From: an uncultured beta proteobacterium
GTDB taxonomy: Bacteria > Pseudomonadota > Gammaproteobacteria > Burkholderiales > JACQAP01
Length of the DNA: 64,000 nt
Reading direction: 5' to 3'
Assembly (NCBI GenBank): GCA_963846655.1
Contig: CAWJWT010000002.1
Coordinates: 957,870-1,021,869 of the forward strand
Shown here piece by piece: positions 19,663 through 29,613 of this stretch. The stretch's first letter is position 1. Every line of letters begins with the position of its first letter. Both the position numbers and the translations under genes were made by a program. A model generated the notes under the pieces. The model was not told where the DNA came from. It made no database searches and was given only the letters and a program-made list of their open reading frames with translations.

Positions 19663-20732
19663 ATGCGCACGCCCCCTTTCACTGCTGCAAGGCCCGCAAA
19701 CCCTGGGACGCGGTCCCGCGTTCTGGTTCGTGTTCGTCGTGCTCGTGGCGGGCGCTGCCGCGCTGCCCGGCTTTACTAGTGCGTTCACGGTGACCAACTT
19801 CGCCTTTTTTCTGGTGTGGGTGTTCATGGCGCTGGGGTTGTCGCTGCTGTGGGGGTACACGGGTATCTTAAGTTTCGGGCAGACTGCTTTCTTCGGCCTG
19901 GCCGGCTATACCTATGGCGTGGCCAGCATAAATTTCGGCGATTCCGCCACGCTCGGCTGGGTCTCCGTGTTGATCGCGCTGGCGCTGCCGGCGCTGTTCG
20001 CGGCGCTGCTGGGTTACCTGATGTTCTATGGTGGTGTGCGCGACGTGTTCGTCGGCATCGTGACCCTGTCGGTGACGCTGGTGTTCGAAACCTTCATGGC
20101 GCAGACCGCGGGGCCTGAGTGGACCATCGGCAGCGCGCGGCTGAACGGCTTCAACGGCATGTCGGGCATGCCGCCGCTGCTGCTGCGTTTCGGCGAGCAC
20201 GAAATCATGTTCGACGGGGCGCCGTTTTTCTGGCTCGCGCTGGCGCTGATGGTGCTGGTCTATCTGGGCTTGCGCATGCTGGCCAACTCGAGTTTCGGCA
20301 ACGTGCTGGTTGCGATTCGCGAAAATCCGGATCGCGCCGAGATGCTGGGTTACAACGTCCGGCTTTATCAACTGATCGTGTTCGTCATCGGCAGCGTGCT
20401 CGCCGCCATGAGCGGCGTGCTCTACACCTTGTGGGGTTCGTACATCACGCCCTCGTCGATGGGCCTGACGGCCGCGGCCATGCCGATCGTCTGGGTGGCG
20501 GCCGGTGGGCGCAAGGATCTCACCGCAACGGTCATCTCGACCATTGCGTTGTTGTGGGTCTCGCAAACGCTCGCGGTCTACGGCAGCCAATACGCGCTGG
20601 TGCCTGATGGGCTTTATTCTGCTGCTCGTGGTGATGTTCGCGCCCGAAGGGTTTGTCGTCACCACGGTCAACGCGATCGGCGCGAAGTTCACGGCGTCGC
20701 GCGGCCAGGACGTGATCGGGGAGCCAACGTGA
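19663..20732 (+). pseudogene. ABC transporter permease (UrtC/LivM-like), at least 2 frameshifts
   Basis: ATG 19663 (MRTPP) is out of frame with the body (ORF 19730..). The shift is at a C5 run, 19,672-19,676. The C-terminus (MGFILLLVVMFAPEGF...) is in ORF 20505..20732, with a shift at ~20,605. Confidence 0.8.
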
Positions 20733-21454
20733 CGCCCGCGGCCTGGCTGCTCGAAACGCGTGACGTTGACCAAACATTTCGGCGGCTTGTCCGCCACCAA
20801 CGGCGTGGGCATCAAGGTGGCCCCGGGCGAGATCCGCTGCCTGATCGGGCCCAATGGCGCGGGCAAGAGCACGCTGTTCAAACTCATTCTCGGCACCTAC
20901 GCGCCCACGGCCGGCACCATCCTGTTCGACGGCGAGGACATCACGCGCGCTGCGTTCGCACTCGCGCGTGCAGCGCGGGCTGAGCATCAAGTTCCAGGTG
21001 CCCGGCATATTCCACACACTCTCGGTCGAGCAGAACCTGCGCATCGCGCTGCAGCGGACCGTGGAACACGCCGCGCGCAATGCCGAGATCGACCGGCTGC
21101 TGGCCTTGCTGGACCTCGCCCACCAGCGCAGCGCGCTGGCCGGTAACCTTGTCGCACGGGCAGCAGCAATGGCTGGAAATCGGCATGGCCATCGCCAGCC
21201 GGCCGAAGTTGCTGCTGCTCGACGAGCCCACCGCGGGCATGTCACCCGAAGAGACCTTCCGGACCGGCGAACTGGTCAAGCGCCTGAACGCCGAAGGCAT
21301 GACGGTGATTGTCATCGAGCATGACATGACCTTTGTGCGCCAGATCGCCACGCGCGTGACCGTGCTGCACTTCGGCAAGATATTCGACGAGGGCACGCTC
21401 GACGACATCGTCAAGAACGAAGACGTCGTGCGCATCTATCTGGGCAAAGCCTGA
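20728..21454 (+). pseudogene. ABC transporter ATP-binding protein (UrtD/LivG-like), ~3 frameshifts
   Basis: The pieces run across three frames: [12 protein letters not shown] | [14 protein letters not shown]...[11 protein letters not shown] | [25 protein letters not shown]... | LSHGQQQWLEIGMAIASRPKLLLLDEPTAGM.... Confidence 0.8.
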
Positions 21455-22164
21455 TGGCGAATCCGATCCTCGAAGTGCGCGGACTCAAGGCGGGCTACGG
21501 CGGCACGCAGATCCTGCAGGGCGTGGATTTCACCATCGGCCGCGGCGAGATCGTCGCCATCATCGGGCGCAATGGCGTGGGCAAATCGACCCTAATGAAA
21601 ACCCTGATCGGCCTGATCCCGCCCATGCAGGGCAGCATCCTGTTCGATCGCGACGACGTCACCAAGGAGCCGGCGGAGGCGCGCGCGCATCGCGGCATCG
21701 GCTACATCCCGCAGGGGCGGGAGATTTTTCCGCGGTTGACCGTCTGGGAAAACCTGGTAATGGGCAACCAGATCAATCTCAAGAAAAAAGAAAAGCTGTT
21801 CGACCTGGCGCAGCGCTATTTTCCGATACTCGCGGAGCGGCGCAACCAGCGCGCCGGCACCATGAGCGGTGGGGAACAGCAGCAACTGGCCATCGGCCGC
21901 GCATTGATCGGCAACCCGGAACTGGTGCTGCTGGACGAACCCTCCGAGGGCATCCAGCCGTCGATCGTGCACCAGATCGGCGAGAACATGAAGCAGCTCA
22001 ACGCCGAAATCGGCCTGACCGTACTATTCGTCGAGCAGAATATCGACATGATCATGTCCATGGCGCAGCGCTGCTATGTCATGGACAAGGGCACGGTGAT
22101 CGACCAGGTGGCGCCGGAGCAACTCGCCAGCGATGCCGTGGTGCGAAAATACCTCGCGGTTTGA
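21454..22164 (+). CDS. ABC transporter ATP-binding protein (UrtE/LivF-like), intact
   Basis: 236 aa with GRNGVGKSTL (Walker A), MSGGEQQQLAIGRAL and LVLLDEPSEG. Confidence 0.9.
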   Translation: MANPILEVRGLKAGYGGTQILQGVDFTIGRGEIVAIIGRNGVGKSTLMKTLIGLIPPMQGSILFDRDDVTKEPAEARAHRGIGYIPQGREIFPRLTVWENLVMGNQINLKKKEKLFDLAQRYFPILAERRNQRAGTMSGGEQQQLAIGRALIGNPELVLLDEPSEGIQPSIVHQIGENMKQLNAEIGLTVLFVEQNIDMIMSMAQRCYVMDKGTVIDQVAPEQLASDAVVRKYLAV

Positions 22165-22195
22165 AGGCAATGCATTTATCTGGAAGGAGAGCGCA

Positions 22196-23191
22196 ATGAC
22201 CTGGATGGATTCCTCGATCATGAAAACCAAAGGGGTCGCGGGCCGCAAGGACGGCACAACGCACCACCTGACCGAAGCCAAGCAAGGCACCTATCACTAC
22301 ACCATGGGGCCGTATTCGCAACCGGTGCTGCACGTCAAACCCGGCGATCGCATCGTCGTGGAAACGCGCGACGCCTTCGAAGGCGCCATCAAGACCGAGC
22401 AGGACAAGCCCACGCAGAAACTGCGCATGCCGTTCCTGAACCCGCAGAACGGCCCGATCATGATCGAAGGTGCGGAGAAGGGCGATGCCGTGGCGGTGTA
22501 CATCGAATCCATGGTGCCTCGCGGCGACAACCCGCGCGGCACCTGCTGCATGATCCCCGAATTCGGCGCGCTGACCGGCACCTACTACACGGCGACGCTG
22601 AATGATCCGCTGCCGGAGATCGTACGCAAGGTCAACGTCGACGAGAAATGGGTGTACTGGAGCGACCGCGTGACCCTGCCGTACAAGCCGCACATCGGCA
22701 CCCTGAGCTGCTCGCCTGAAATCGACTCGATCAATTCGCTGACGCCCGACAATCATGGCGGCAACATGGATCTGCCGGATATGGGACCGGACAGCGTGAC
22801 CTATCTGCCAGTGCGCTCGCCCGGTGCGCGCGTGTTCATTGGCGATGCGCACGCCTGCCAGGGCGATGGCGAAGTCTGTGGCGTGGCCGTGGAATACGCC
22901 ACCGTGACCACCATTCGCGTGGACCTCATCAAAGGCTGGAACATCGAATGGCCGCGCCTGGAAAACGACGAAGTCATCATGACCATCGGCAGCGCGCGCC
23001 CGCTGGAAGATGCCACGCGCATCGCCTATCGCGAACTGGTGCTATGGATGGCGCGCGATTACGGCTTCGACAAATGGGATGCGTACATGATGCTGAGCCA
23101 ATGCGGCAAAGTCCGGCTCGGTAACTTCGTCGATCCCAAGTACACCGTGGGTGCTGCCATCAGCAAGAAGTTTCTGGCCAAGAAGCCCTGA
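22196..23191 (+). CDS. acetamidase/formamidase family amidohydrolase
   Basis: ATG follows GGAAGGAGA. Family-typical stretches: PVLHVKPGDRIVVETRDAF, NPQNGPIMIEGAEKGDAVAV, GGNMDLPDM, IGDAHACQGDGEVCGVAVE. Confidence 0.85.
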   Translation: MTWMDSSIMKTKGVAGRKDGTTHHLTEAKQGTYHYTMGPYSQPVLHVKPGDRIVVETRDAFEGAIKTEQDKPTQKLRMPFLNPQNGPIMIEGAEKGDAVAVYIESMVPRGDNPRGTCCMIPEFGALTGTYYTATLNDPLPEIVRKVNVDEKWVYWSDRVTLPYKPHIGTLSCSPEIDSINSLTPDNHGGNMDLPDMGPDSVTYLPVRSPGARVFIGDAHACQGDGEVCGVAVEYATVTTIRVDLIKGWNIEWPRLENDEVIMTIGSARPLEDATRIAYRELVLWMARDYGFDKWDAYMMLSQCGKVRLGNFVDPKYTVGAAISKKFLAKKP

Positions 23192-23278
23192 ACGGCGAAG
23201 TTGCAGGGGAGGGAGCCAGCCCGGCTTGCACGACGGCAGACCCCGACGTCTGACGCTTCGGTGCCTGCCAGAACCAAA

Positions 23279-23309
23279 ATCGCCCGGCCAATGCCGGGCG
23301 ATTCTTTTT
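23279..23309 (+). terminator. rho-independent terminator
   Basis: ATCGCCCGG-ccaatg-CCGGGCGAT followed by TCTTTTT. Confidence 0.8.
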
Positions 23310-23317
23310 ATGCATCG

Positions 23318-23500
23318 CACGCTTTCACGTGCATTTATGGGCACTAGCCCGGTTATGGTCGCAGACCGGTACCCTGTAGGGATCCCTTCAGGGACACGAC
23401 ATTTATGGGCGGTAGCCCGGTATCCCTTCAGGGACACGATATTCACGAAATTCACGGCATTCACGATCGTCACGACCGTCACGTCGTCACGCCGTCACGG
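23318..23500. repeat. TCACG word-arm element (copy 3)
   Basis: Two ATTTATGGGC-NNN-GCCCGGTATCCCTTCAGGGACACGA units are followed by ATTCACGA and CGTCACG words. The stop of the minus-strand cupin gene lies inside the last words. Confidence 0.9.
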
Positions 23501-23902
23501 CTTTAACACGTCGACGGCGATCAGCACCACGGGTTTATTACCGGTGTTCTCCGACCAGTGCGTGACGGCCTTGCCTTCGGTCCACGCTTCACCCTGCCTG
23601 CGCTCGTGGACGCCGCCGTTTTCGATGTGCTCGGTCAGCGTGCCATCGAGGATATAAGCCACGGCCGGCCGGCCCTTATGGCTGTGCAGCGCAACGGCGC
23701 CGCCCGGCTCGAGGGTCATCACGCGCAGGCGCAACTGATGACCGGCAACACTGTCGAGTTCGTTGGTGAGATCGATGAAGGTCGGCGCACTGACCTTGAG
23801 ACCCCGGTTTTCCTTCGGCGGCGCACTCTCGCCGACCGCGACGCCGACTGCGAAAGTCAGCGCCATTCCCGCTACCGCTGCGATTGCCATGCCCTTGTTC
23901 AT
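23495..23902 (-). CDS. secreted cupin-domain protein
   Basis: MNKGMAIAAVAGMALTFAVGVAVG signal, with cupin motif LEPGGAVALHSHKGRPAVAYILDG. Confidence 0.7.
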   Translation of the reverse strand: MNKGMAIAAVAGMALTFAVGVAVGESAPPKENRGLKVSAPTFIDLTNELDSVAGHQLRLRVMTLEPGGAVALHSHKGRPAVAYILDGTLTEHIENGGVHERRQGEAWTEGKAVTHWSENTGNKPVVLIAVDVLKP

Positions 23903-24069
23903 GATGCCACCCTCCCACGCTTGACGAACCACCATGCGCCGGATTGCAGTCATCGGCGCCCTCTTTGGCGCCACGCCCAAAGCTTTAGCGCGGCCGGCAT
24001 AAGTGTATCCACTCGCGCTCCCCGCCGCCGAGCAGGCCTGGTGACGCACTTGCAGTTGCGCCTTCGCCC

Positions 24070-24392
24070 TTCACGCATTTATGGTCGAATACCCTACGCG
24101 CGTAGCACGTCGGAGTGCCCTTTTAGACCGATATCCCTTCAGGGACACGGCCGTCACGCCGTCACGACCGTCACGTCGTCACGCGCCTTTCCGGCCGTCA
24201 CGTCGTCACGACATCACGACTTCACGCCAGCATTCCGCCGTCACGACATTCACGACATTCACGCATTCACGACATTTATGGGCGTTAGCCCGGTATCCCT
24301 TTAGGGACACGGCCTCACCCCGTCACGACCGTCACGCGCCTTTCCGCCGTCACGCCGTCACGATCGTCACGTTCGTCACGACCGTCACGTGC
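24070..24392. repeat. TCACG word-arm element (copy 4)
   Basis: ATTTATGG... units sit at ~24,075 and ~24,278, embedded in long runs of CGTCACGN / ATTCACGA words. Confidence 0.9.
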
Positions 24393-24453
24393 AGAATGCC
24401 GTAAAATCCCCCGCGCTGTTCGCCATTCCCGTTTCCCAACGAGGACAGACCCC

Positions 24454-24843
24454 ATGCGCACTGCGAACCGATATCTCGTGAAGGCCGATAGCGTCGCGAC
24501 GTATTCCCCGGCCAATCACACCGGCACCGTGAACCGCCGGCTGATCGGCCCGGAAACGGTCGGCGCGAAACAGGTCGAAGTCGTGCTGGGCACGGTGCAG
24601 AAGGGGCAGGGCGCATTACCCCATTCGCATCCCGGCATCGAGCAGGTGTGCTACCTGCTCGAAGGCCGCGCCCGCGCCGAGATTGCCGGGCAGGCGCTGG
24701 AGCTCGGCCCCGGCGACTGCTGTTTCTTTCCGGCCGATGCGCCGCATACCTTCACCGTCACCAGCGAGGAACCCGCCAGGGTCCTGGTGATCTATGCGCC
24801 GCCGTATGGCGAATCGCCGCTGAAGGCGCAGCGTCACGCATGA
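24454..24843 (+). CDS. cupin-domain protein
   Basis: 129 aa with GALPHSHPGIEQVCYLLEGRA...GDCCFFPADAPHTF. Confidence 0.75.
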   Translation: MRTANRYLVKADSVATYSPANHTGTVNRRLIGPETVGAKQVEVVLGTVQKGQGALPHSHPGIEQVCYLLEGRARAEIAGQALELGPGDCCFFPADAPHTFTVTSEEPARVLVIYAPPYGESPLKAQRHA

Positions 24844-26057
24844 GCCACATGCGCCGCGTCAACGTGCTGCTGAAACTGTTTATCGGATTCGCGTTTGCCG
24901 CCGCGCTGAGCCCGGCCGCCGCGCAGAAGAAGTACGACCCGGGCGCCAGCGATACCGAGATCAAGATCGGCCAGACCAAACCCTACAGCGGCCCGGCGTC
25001 CGCGTACGGCGCGGGCGGAAAAGTGCAACTGGGGTTTGTTCAAAAGCTCAACGCCGAGGGCGGCGTCAATGGGCGCAAGGTCAAGCTTATTTCGCTCGAC
25101 GATGCTTTTACGCCGCCGCGCACGGTGGAGCAGACGCGCAAGTTGGTCGAGCAGGAGCAGGTGCTGCTGATTTTCAATTCGAACGGCACGGCGGCGAACT
25201 CGGCGGTGCAGAAATATCTGAATGCCAAAAAGGTGCCGCAGCTGTTCGTGTCCTCGGGTGCGAGCAAGTTTTCCGACCCGAAGAATTTCCACTGGACCAT
25301 GGGCTGGCTGCCGACTTACTACAGCGAAGCGCGAACCTACGCCCATTACATCCTCAAGCATCATCCCAAGGCGAAGATCGGCGTGCTCTACCAGAACGAC
25401 GACTTCGGCAAGGACTATCTGCACGGCCTGCATGACGAGCTGGGCGCCAAGCGCAGCATGATCATCGCCGAGGCGAGCTTCGAGCTGACCGACCCGACCG
25501 TCGATTCCCAGATGGTGACGCTGAAAGCCTCCGGCGCTGATATTTTCATCAACGTCGCCACCGCCAAGTTCGCGGCCCAGGCCATCCGCAAGGCCCATGA
25601 CATCGGCTGGAAGCCGCTGCAGTTCGTCTCGATCGTCGGCTCCTCGGTCGGCCAGGTCATGATGCCGGCCGGGCCGGAAAAGGGCATCGGCGTCATCACC
25701 ATGGGTTTCGTCAAGGACCCGACCGATCCGCAGTGGAAGAACGACCCCGCCATGAAGGCGTGGATCGCGTTCATGAAAAAATATTATCCCGATGGCGATC
25801 TGACCGATTGGTACAACGTGTATGCCTACGTTGCGACCGAGACCCTGGTCCAGGTGCTGAAACAGTGTGGCGACAATCTCACGCGCGAAAACGTCATGAA
25901 GCAGGCGGCGAATCTGAAGGACTTCTCGCTGCCCCTGCTGCTCCCCGGCATCCGCATCAACACCAGCCCCGAGGATTACCACGTCATCCGGCAGTCGCAA
26001 CTGCAGCGCTTCGATGGCAAGCAGTGGGTCCGGTTCGGCGAACTGATCGGCAAATGA
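24840..26057 (+). CDS. branched-chain amino-acid-type ABC substrate-binding protein (Peripla_BP_6-like)
   Basis: ATGA overlap with the cupin stop. Signal LFIGFAFAAALSPAAAQ, then IKIGQTKPYSGPASAYG. No cognate permease or ATPase is adjacent. Confidence 0.8.
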   Translation: MSHMRRVNVLLKLFIGFAFAAALSPAAAQKKYDPGASDTEIKIGQTKPYSGPASAYGAGGKVQLGFVQKLNAEGGVNGRKVKLISLDDAFTPPRTVEQTRKLVEQEQVLLIFNSNGTAANSAVQKYLNAKKVPQLFVSSGASKFSDPKNFHWTMGWLPTYYSEARTYAHYILKHHPKAKIGVLYQNDDFGKDYLHGLHDELGAKRSMIIAEASFELTDPTVDSQMVTLKASGADIFINVATAKFAAQAIRKAHDIGWKPLQFVSIVGSSVGQVMMPAGPEKGIGVITMGFVKDPTDPQWKNDPAMKAWIAFMKKYYPDGDLTDWYNVYAYVATETLVQVLKQCGDNLTRENVMKQAANLKDFSLPLLLPGIRINTSPEDYHVIRQSQLQRFDGKQWVRFGELIGK

Positions 26058-26210
26058 GCCACGCGTGAAGCACGCAACGCGAACCGAAAACGGGAATTTT
26101 TCCCGGACGTTTCCCTTTGATTTGTCTGAACCTAATGAGATCATGCGCATCCAACACGGGCACAGGATCCCGGGTCTGGCAATTCCAAAATCAGAAAACG
26201 AGGAGGTACG

Positions 26211-27296
26211 ATGAATTTCCCGACTGCAAAGCGCGTGCGGTTCAGTGGTGCGCTGTTGAGCATTCTCTGGCTCGCAGGCGCGTCTGCTATTGCAGCGAAC
26301 GACAAAGGCATGGCCTATGTCAGCAATCAGAACGGCGACGTCACGGTGATCGACCTGGCGACGCATGAAATCGTCCAGGAGTTTAAGGTCGGCGCGGAAG
26401 GCCCGCGCGGAATCGGCGTCACCGCAGACGGCAAGCTACTGGTAACCGCGAACGGCGACTCCGGCAACCTGACGGTCATGGACCGCAAGACCGGAAAAAT
26501 CATCCGGCATATCAAGATCGGCAAGAACCCCGAGTTCGTGCGCATTCGCGGCGACCAGGCGTTCGTATCGTTCGAGCCTGCATCGGTCGGCGGCCCGCCG
26601 CCGAAACCCGGCTCCAAGGAAGCGGAGGAACTGGCCAAGCAGCGCGAGGAAGACGACGAGGAACCGGCCAAGATCGCCATCGTCGACCTGAAGAAAGGCA
26701 AAGTCGTCCGCGAGATCACCGGTGGCATGGAAACCGAGGGCATCGAGTTCTCTGCCGACGGCAAGAAGATCCTGATCACCAACGAGGCGGACGAGAACGT
26801 CACCGTGCATGACATCGCCAGCGGCAAGCTGCTGAAGACCATCAGCACGAAGGAATACGGCAACCGTCCGCGCGGCGTCAAGCGCTCGCCTGACGGCAGC
26901 TACTATGTTGCCAGCGTGGAGTACGGCGACAAGCTGGTCGTGATCGACGGCGAGTTCAACGTCAAGAAAGTGATGCCCACCGGCTCGGTGCCCTACGGCC
27001 TCGCGTTCGACCGCTCCGGCAAACATCTGTATGTCGCGCTGGCCAAAGGCAACGCGCTGCAGGTATTCGACACGGCAACCTGGAAGCCGGTAAAGAACAT
27101 CCCGACCGGGGATCGCTGCTGGCACTTCACCTTCACGCCGGATGACAGCCAGATCCTCGTCGCCTGCGGCCGCTCCAACGAAGTGGTGGTCATCGATGCG
27201 AAGAAGATGGAGCCGATCAAGCGCATCGCAGAAAAGAAGCTGCCGTGGGGCATCGTCACCTATCCGAAGTCCGTCGGCAGCCTCGACATGCCCTGA
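26211..27296 (+). CDS. YVTN-family beta-propeller repeat protein
   Basis: Signal peptide, then repeated AYVSNQNGDVTVIDL / LLVTANGDSGNLTVMD / ILITNEADENVTVHD / LYVALAKGNALQVFD blades. Confidence 0.8.
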   Translation: MNFPTAKRVRFSGALLSILWLAGASAIAANDKGMAYVSNQNGDVTVIDLATHEIVQEFKVGAEGPRGIGVTADGKLLVTANGDSGNLTVMDRKTGKIIRHIKIGKNPEFVRIRGDQAFVSFEPASVGGPPPKPGSKEAEELAKQREEDDEEPAKIAIVDLKKGKVVREITGGMETEGIEFSADGKKILITNEADENVTVHDIASGKLLKTISTKEYGNRPRGVKRSPDGSYYVASVEYGDKLVVIDGEFNVKKVMPTGSVPYGLAFDRSGKHLYVALAKGNALQVFDTATWKPVKNIPTGDRCWHFTFTPDDSQILVACGRSNEVVVIDAKKMEPIKRIAEKKLPWGIVTYPKSVGSLDMP

Positions 27297-27321
27297 GCGG
27301 GCGGCATCGCGGTTGACAGCA

Positions 27322-27350
27322 AGGCCCCGCATAGCGCGGGGCCTTTGCTT
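27322..27350 (+). terminator. rho-independent terminator
   Basis: GGCCCCGC-atagc-GCGGGGCC followed by TTTGCTTTG. Confidence 0.75.
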
Positions 27351-27605
27351 TGCGGGAGGGGCGAGGGGCGCCCGACTAAAAGGGTTCCCACAGGGATTCA
27401 GGGTTGACGCCATAACTCCGACGTGCGGCGCACGTAGGGTATTCGCTGGGTACCGGGCTTCGCCCATAAGGGGCGAGGAGTATAGTTCGCAGCGAAGCGA
27501 TGCATCTTGTTTGTTATCGATCTTCGTTTTCTGTTCAACCTTCACTGTCGACCCAAACTTCGCACGCCGGGCGTTGTCCCATTCTTCCCCCCTATCGGAG
27601 ACATC

Positions 27606-28211
27606 ATGAAACTCTTCTACGCCCCAGGCGCCTGCTCGATGGCGCCGCACATCGTCGCCAACGAAACCGGTCAAAAGCTCGAGCTGGTCAAGGTCGACAT
27701 CCCCAACAAGAAAACCGAACAAGGCGACGACTACTGGAAGATCAACTTCAAGGGCTATGTCCCGACCCTGCAGCTCGACGACGGCAAGATGCTGACCGAA
27801 GTGGGGGTCATCTGCCAGTACCTCGCGGACCAGAAACCGGAGTCCGGCCTCGCGCCCAAGCTCGGCACCATGGAGCGCTATCGCTTGATGGAGTGGCTCA
27901 ACTTCGTCGCCGCAGAAATACACAAACAGATCGGCGCGCTGTTTAACCCGAAATTCACGCCCGAGATGCGTGAAGTACAACTGGCCGTAATCGCCCGCAA
28001 GTTGAAACCGCTCGATGCCGAACTGGCCGGCAAGCAATTCCTGATGGGCGACAAGTTCACCGTCGCCGACGCGTACGCCTTCACCGTCCTGAACTGGCAC
28101 AAGGCCGTGAAGCTCGATCTTTCGCCCTGGCCCAACGTCAAGGCGTACTACGAGCGCCTCGCCAAGCGCCCGAAAATCCAGGAAACGATGAAGGCGGAAG
28201 GGATCGCGTGA
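27606..28211 (+). CDS. glutathione S-transferase (beta-class-like)
   Basis: MKLFYAPGACSMAPHIVANE..., 201 aa, with C-terminal WPNVKAYYERLAKRP. Confidence 0.85.
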   Translation: MKLFYAPGACSMAPHIVANETGQKLELVKVDIPNKKTEQGDDYWKINFKGYVPTLQLDDGKMLTEVGVICQYLADQKPESGLAPKLGTMERYRLMEWLNFVAAEIHKQIGALFNPKFTPEMREVQLAVIARKLKPLDAELAGKQFLMGDKFTVADAYAFTVLNWHKAVKLDLSPWPNVKAYYERLAKRPKIQETMKAEGIA

Positions 28212-28312
28212 CTGCAGGGGAGAGGGGTGAGGAGCGAGGGGGCTGAGCTATCTCTTTCCTCTTTAATCTTTCCTGTCCCTCGCCCCTCGCCACTTGCCCC
28301 TATTTCGCCTAC
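28212..28312. repeat. GAGGGG / CCCTCG word-arm palindrome
   Basis: ggggagaggggtgaggagcgaggggg faces ccctcgcccctcgcc across a ~35-bp spacer. Confidence 0.6.
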
Positions 28313-28346
28313 ACTCCGCGCTGAGCGATTGCGCTCCTATTTTTTG

Positions 28347-29090
28347 ATGTCGATGACTGACCTCGCCCCGGGAAACCCGCTTGCCCGCCGCCTCATAGCG
28401 GCGCTGCAGGAAGATGAATTCGTTCTCTATTACCAACCCATCGTCTCGATGGTGCCGCCCGCCAACGGCCGGGAATTTACCGAGATCTTCGTTCGCTTCC
28501 GCGAAGAGGACGCGCAGCTGTTGCCGCCGGGCACCTTTTTTCCGATTCTCGAAGAAGCCGGCCTGCTGCCTTACCTCGACCGCTGGGTGGTGAACCGCCT
28601 GGCGCGCCATGTTCGCGCCGGCCTGAAAATCAATCCGAACTGGGAAATCCCGCATTTCATCGTCAACCTGGCGGACGAGACCCTGGCCGACGAGGAGTTC
28701 GGCGCCTACGTGCTGCAGTATGCCGACGAGTCCTACCTTTCCGATGGCGTGCTCGGCTTCGACATTTCCCGCGAGAGCGCCCAGGCCAACCGCGAATCGC
28801 TGATGCAGCTCATGGAAGAACTGCGCCCGCACGGCTGCAGCCTGACCGTCGCCGGGTTCGATGGCAGCGCCGAAGCGCTGACCGAGTTGAAGGCCCTCGA
28901 GCCCGATTTCATCAAGTTCAACGCCACCGCGGTCAATCCGTCCTTGCCCGACATCAACCGCATGTGCCATGAACTCGGTGCCCAGACCATCGCCGAGCAT
29001 GTCGAAGACCCTCAGATGCTGGATCACCTTCGCCGCTGCAAGATCGACTTCGCGCAAGGGTACGGGCTTGCGAAGGTGGAACCGCTTTAG
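28347..29090 (+). CDS. stand-alone EAL-domain protein, degenerate (EIFVR), paralogue of 11733..12476
   Basis: 247 aa sharing TEIFVRFREEDAQLLPPG, LDRWVVNRLAR, VNLADETL, LGFDIS, VAGFDGS, NRMCHELGAQTIAEHVE and HLRRCKIDFAQGY. Confidence 0.75.
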   Translation: MSMTDLAPGNPLARRLIAALQEDEFVLYYQPIVSMVPPANGREFTEIFVRFREEDAQLLPPGTFFPILEEAGLLPYLDRWVVNRLARHVRAGLKINPNWEIPHFIVNLADETLADEEFGAYVLQYADESYLSDGVLGFDISRESAQANRESLMQLMEELRPHGCSLTVAGFDGSAEALTELKALEPDFIKFNATAVNPSLPDINRMCHELGAQTIAEHVEDPQMLDHLRRCKIDFAQGYGLAKVEPL

Positions 29091-29119
29091 AGTCGCGGCC
29101 TAGCCCAGGGTCCTCTCTT

Positions 29120-29318
29120 TACTCAGTCCTCAGCACTCAATCCTCAGTCCTGCCTTTTCACCCGGCCGGGCAAGCTTGTCCCCGTCGCGCTATGCGCGTA
29201 AGCCCGGTATCCCCTTGCGGGACACGACATTTATGGGCGAAGCCCTGTATCCCTTCAGTGACACGGCCTTCCCTCGTCACGATCGTCACGTCGTCACGCC
29301 GTCACGGCCGTCACGACA
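29120..29318. repeat. CTCAGT words followed by TCACG word-arm element (copy 5)
   Basis: actcagtcctcagcactcaatcctcagtcc, then two GCCCGGTATCCC..GGGACAC units and CGTCACG words. Confidence 0.85.
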
Positions 29319-29361
29319 ACTGATGTAATATGACCAACTAGATGACCAACAGAGGTTTCCT

Positions 29362-29613
29362 GTGGACAATCGTCAAAAAACATATAGCGTCGCCGAGGCC
29401 AAGACCCATATGAGCGAAATGCTGGATCGGGCGGAGAAGGGCGAGAAGGTCGTGATTACCCGACGCGGGGAACCTGTTGTCCAGTTGGCCCCGGTCAAAT
29501 CGGTCACGCCCGGCATCGATTTCGCGCGTTTGCGTGCACTACGCGCAACCATGCCCAAGGCGAAGATATCGGCTGACAAACTCGTGCGCAAAATGCGGGA
29601 CGAGAAGTACTGA
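29362..29613 (+). CDS. type II antitoxin, Phd/YefM family
   Basis: 83 aa with YSVAEAKTHMSEMLDRAEKGEKVVITRRGEPVVQLAP. It sits directly upstream of a PIN toxin. Confidence 0.8.
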   Translation: MDNRQKTYSVAEAKTHMSEMLDRAEKGEKVVITRRGEPVVQLAPVKSVTPGIDFARLRALRATMPKAKISADKLVRKMRDEKY

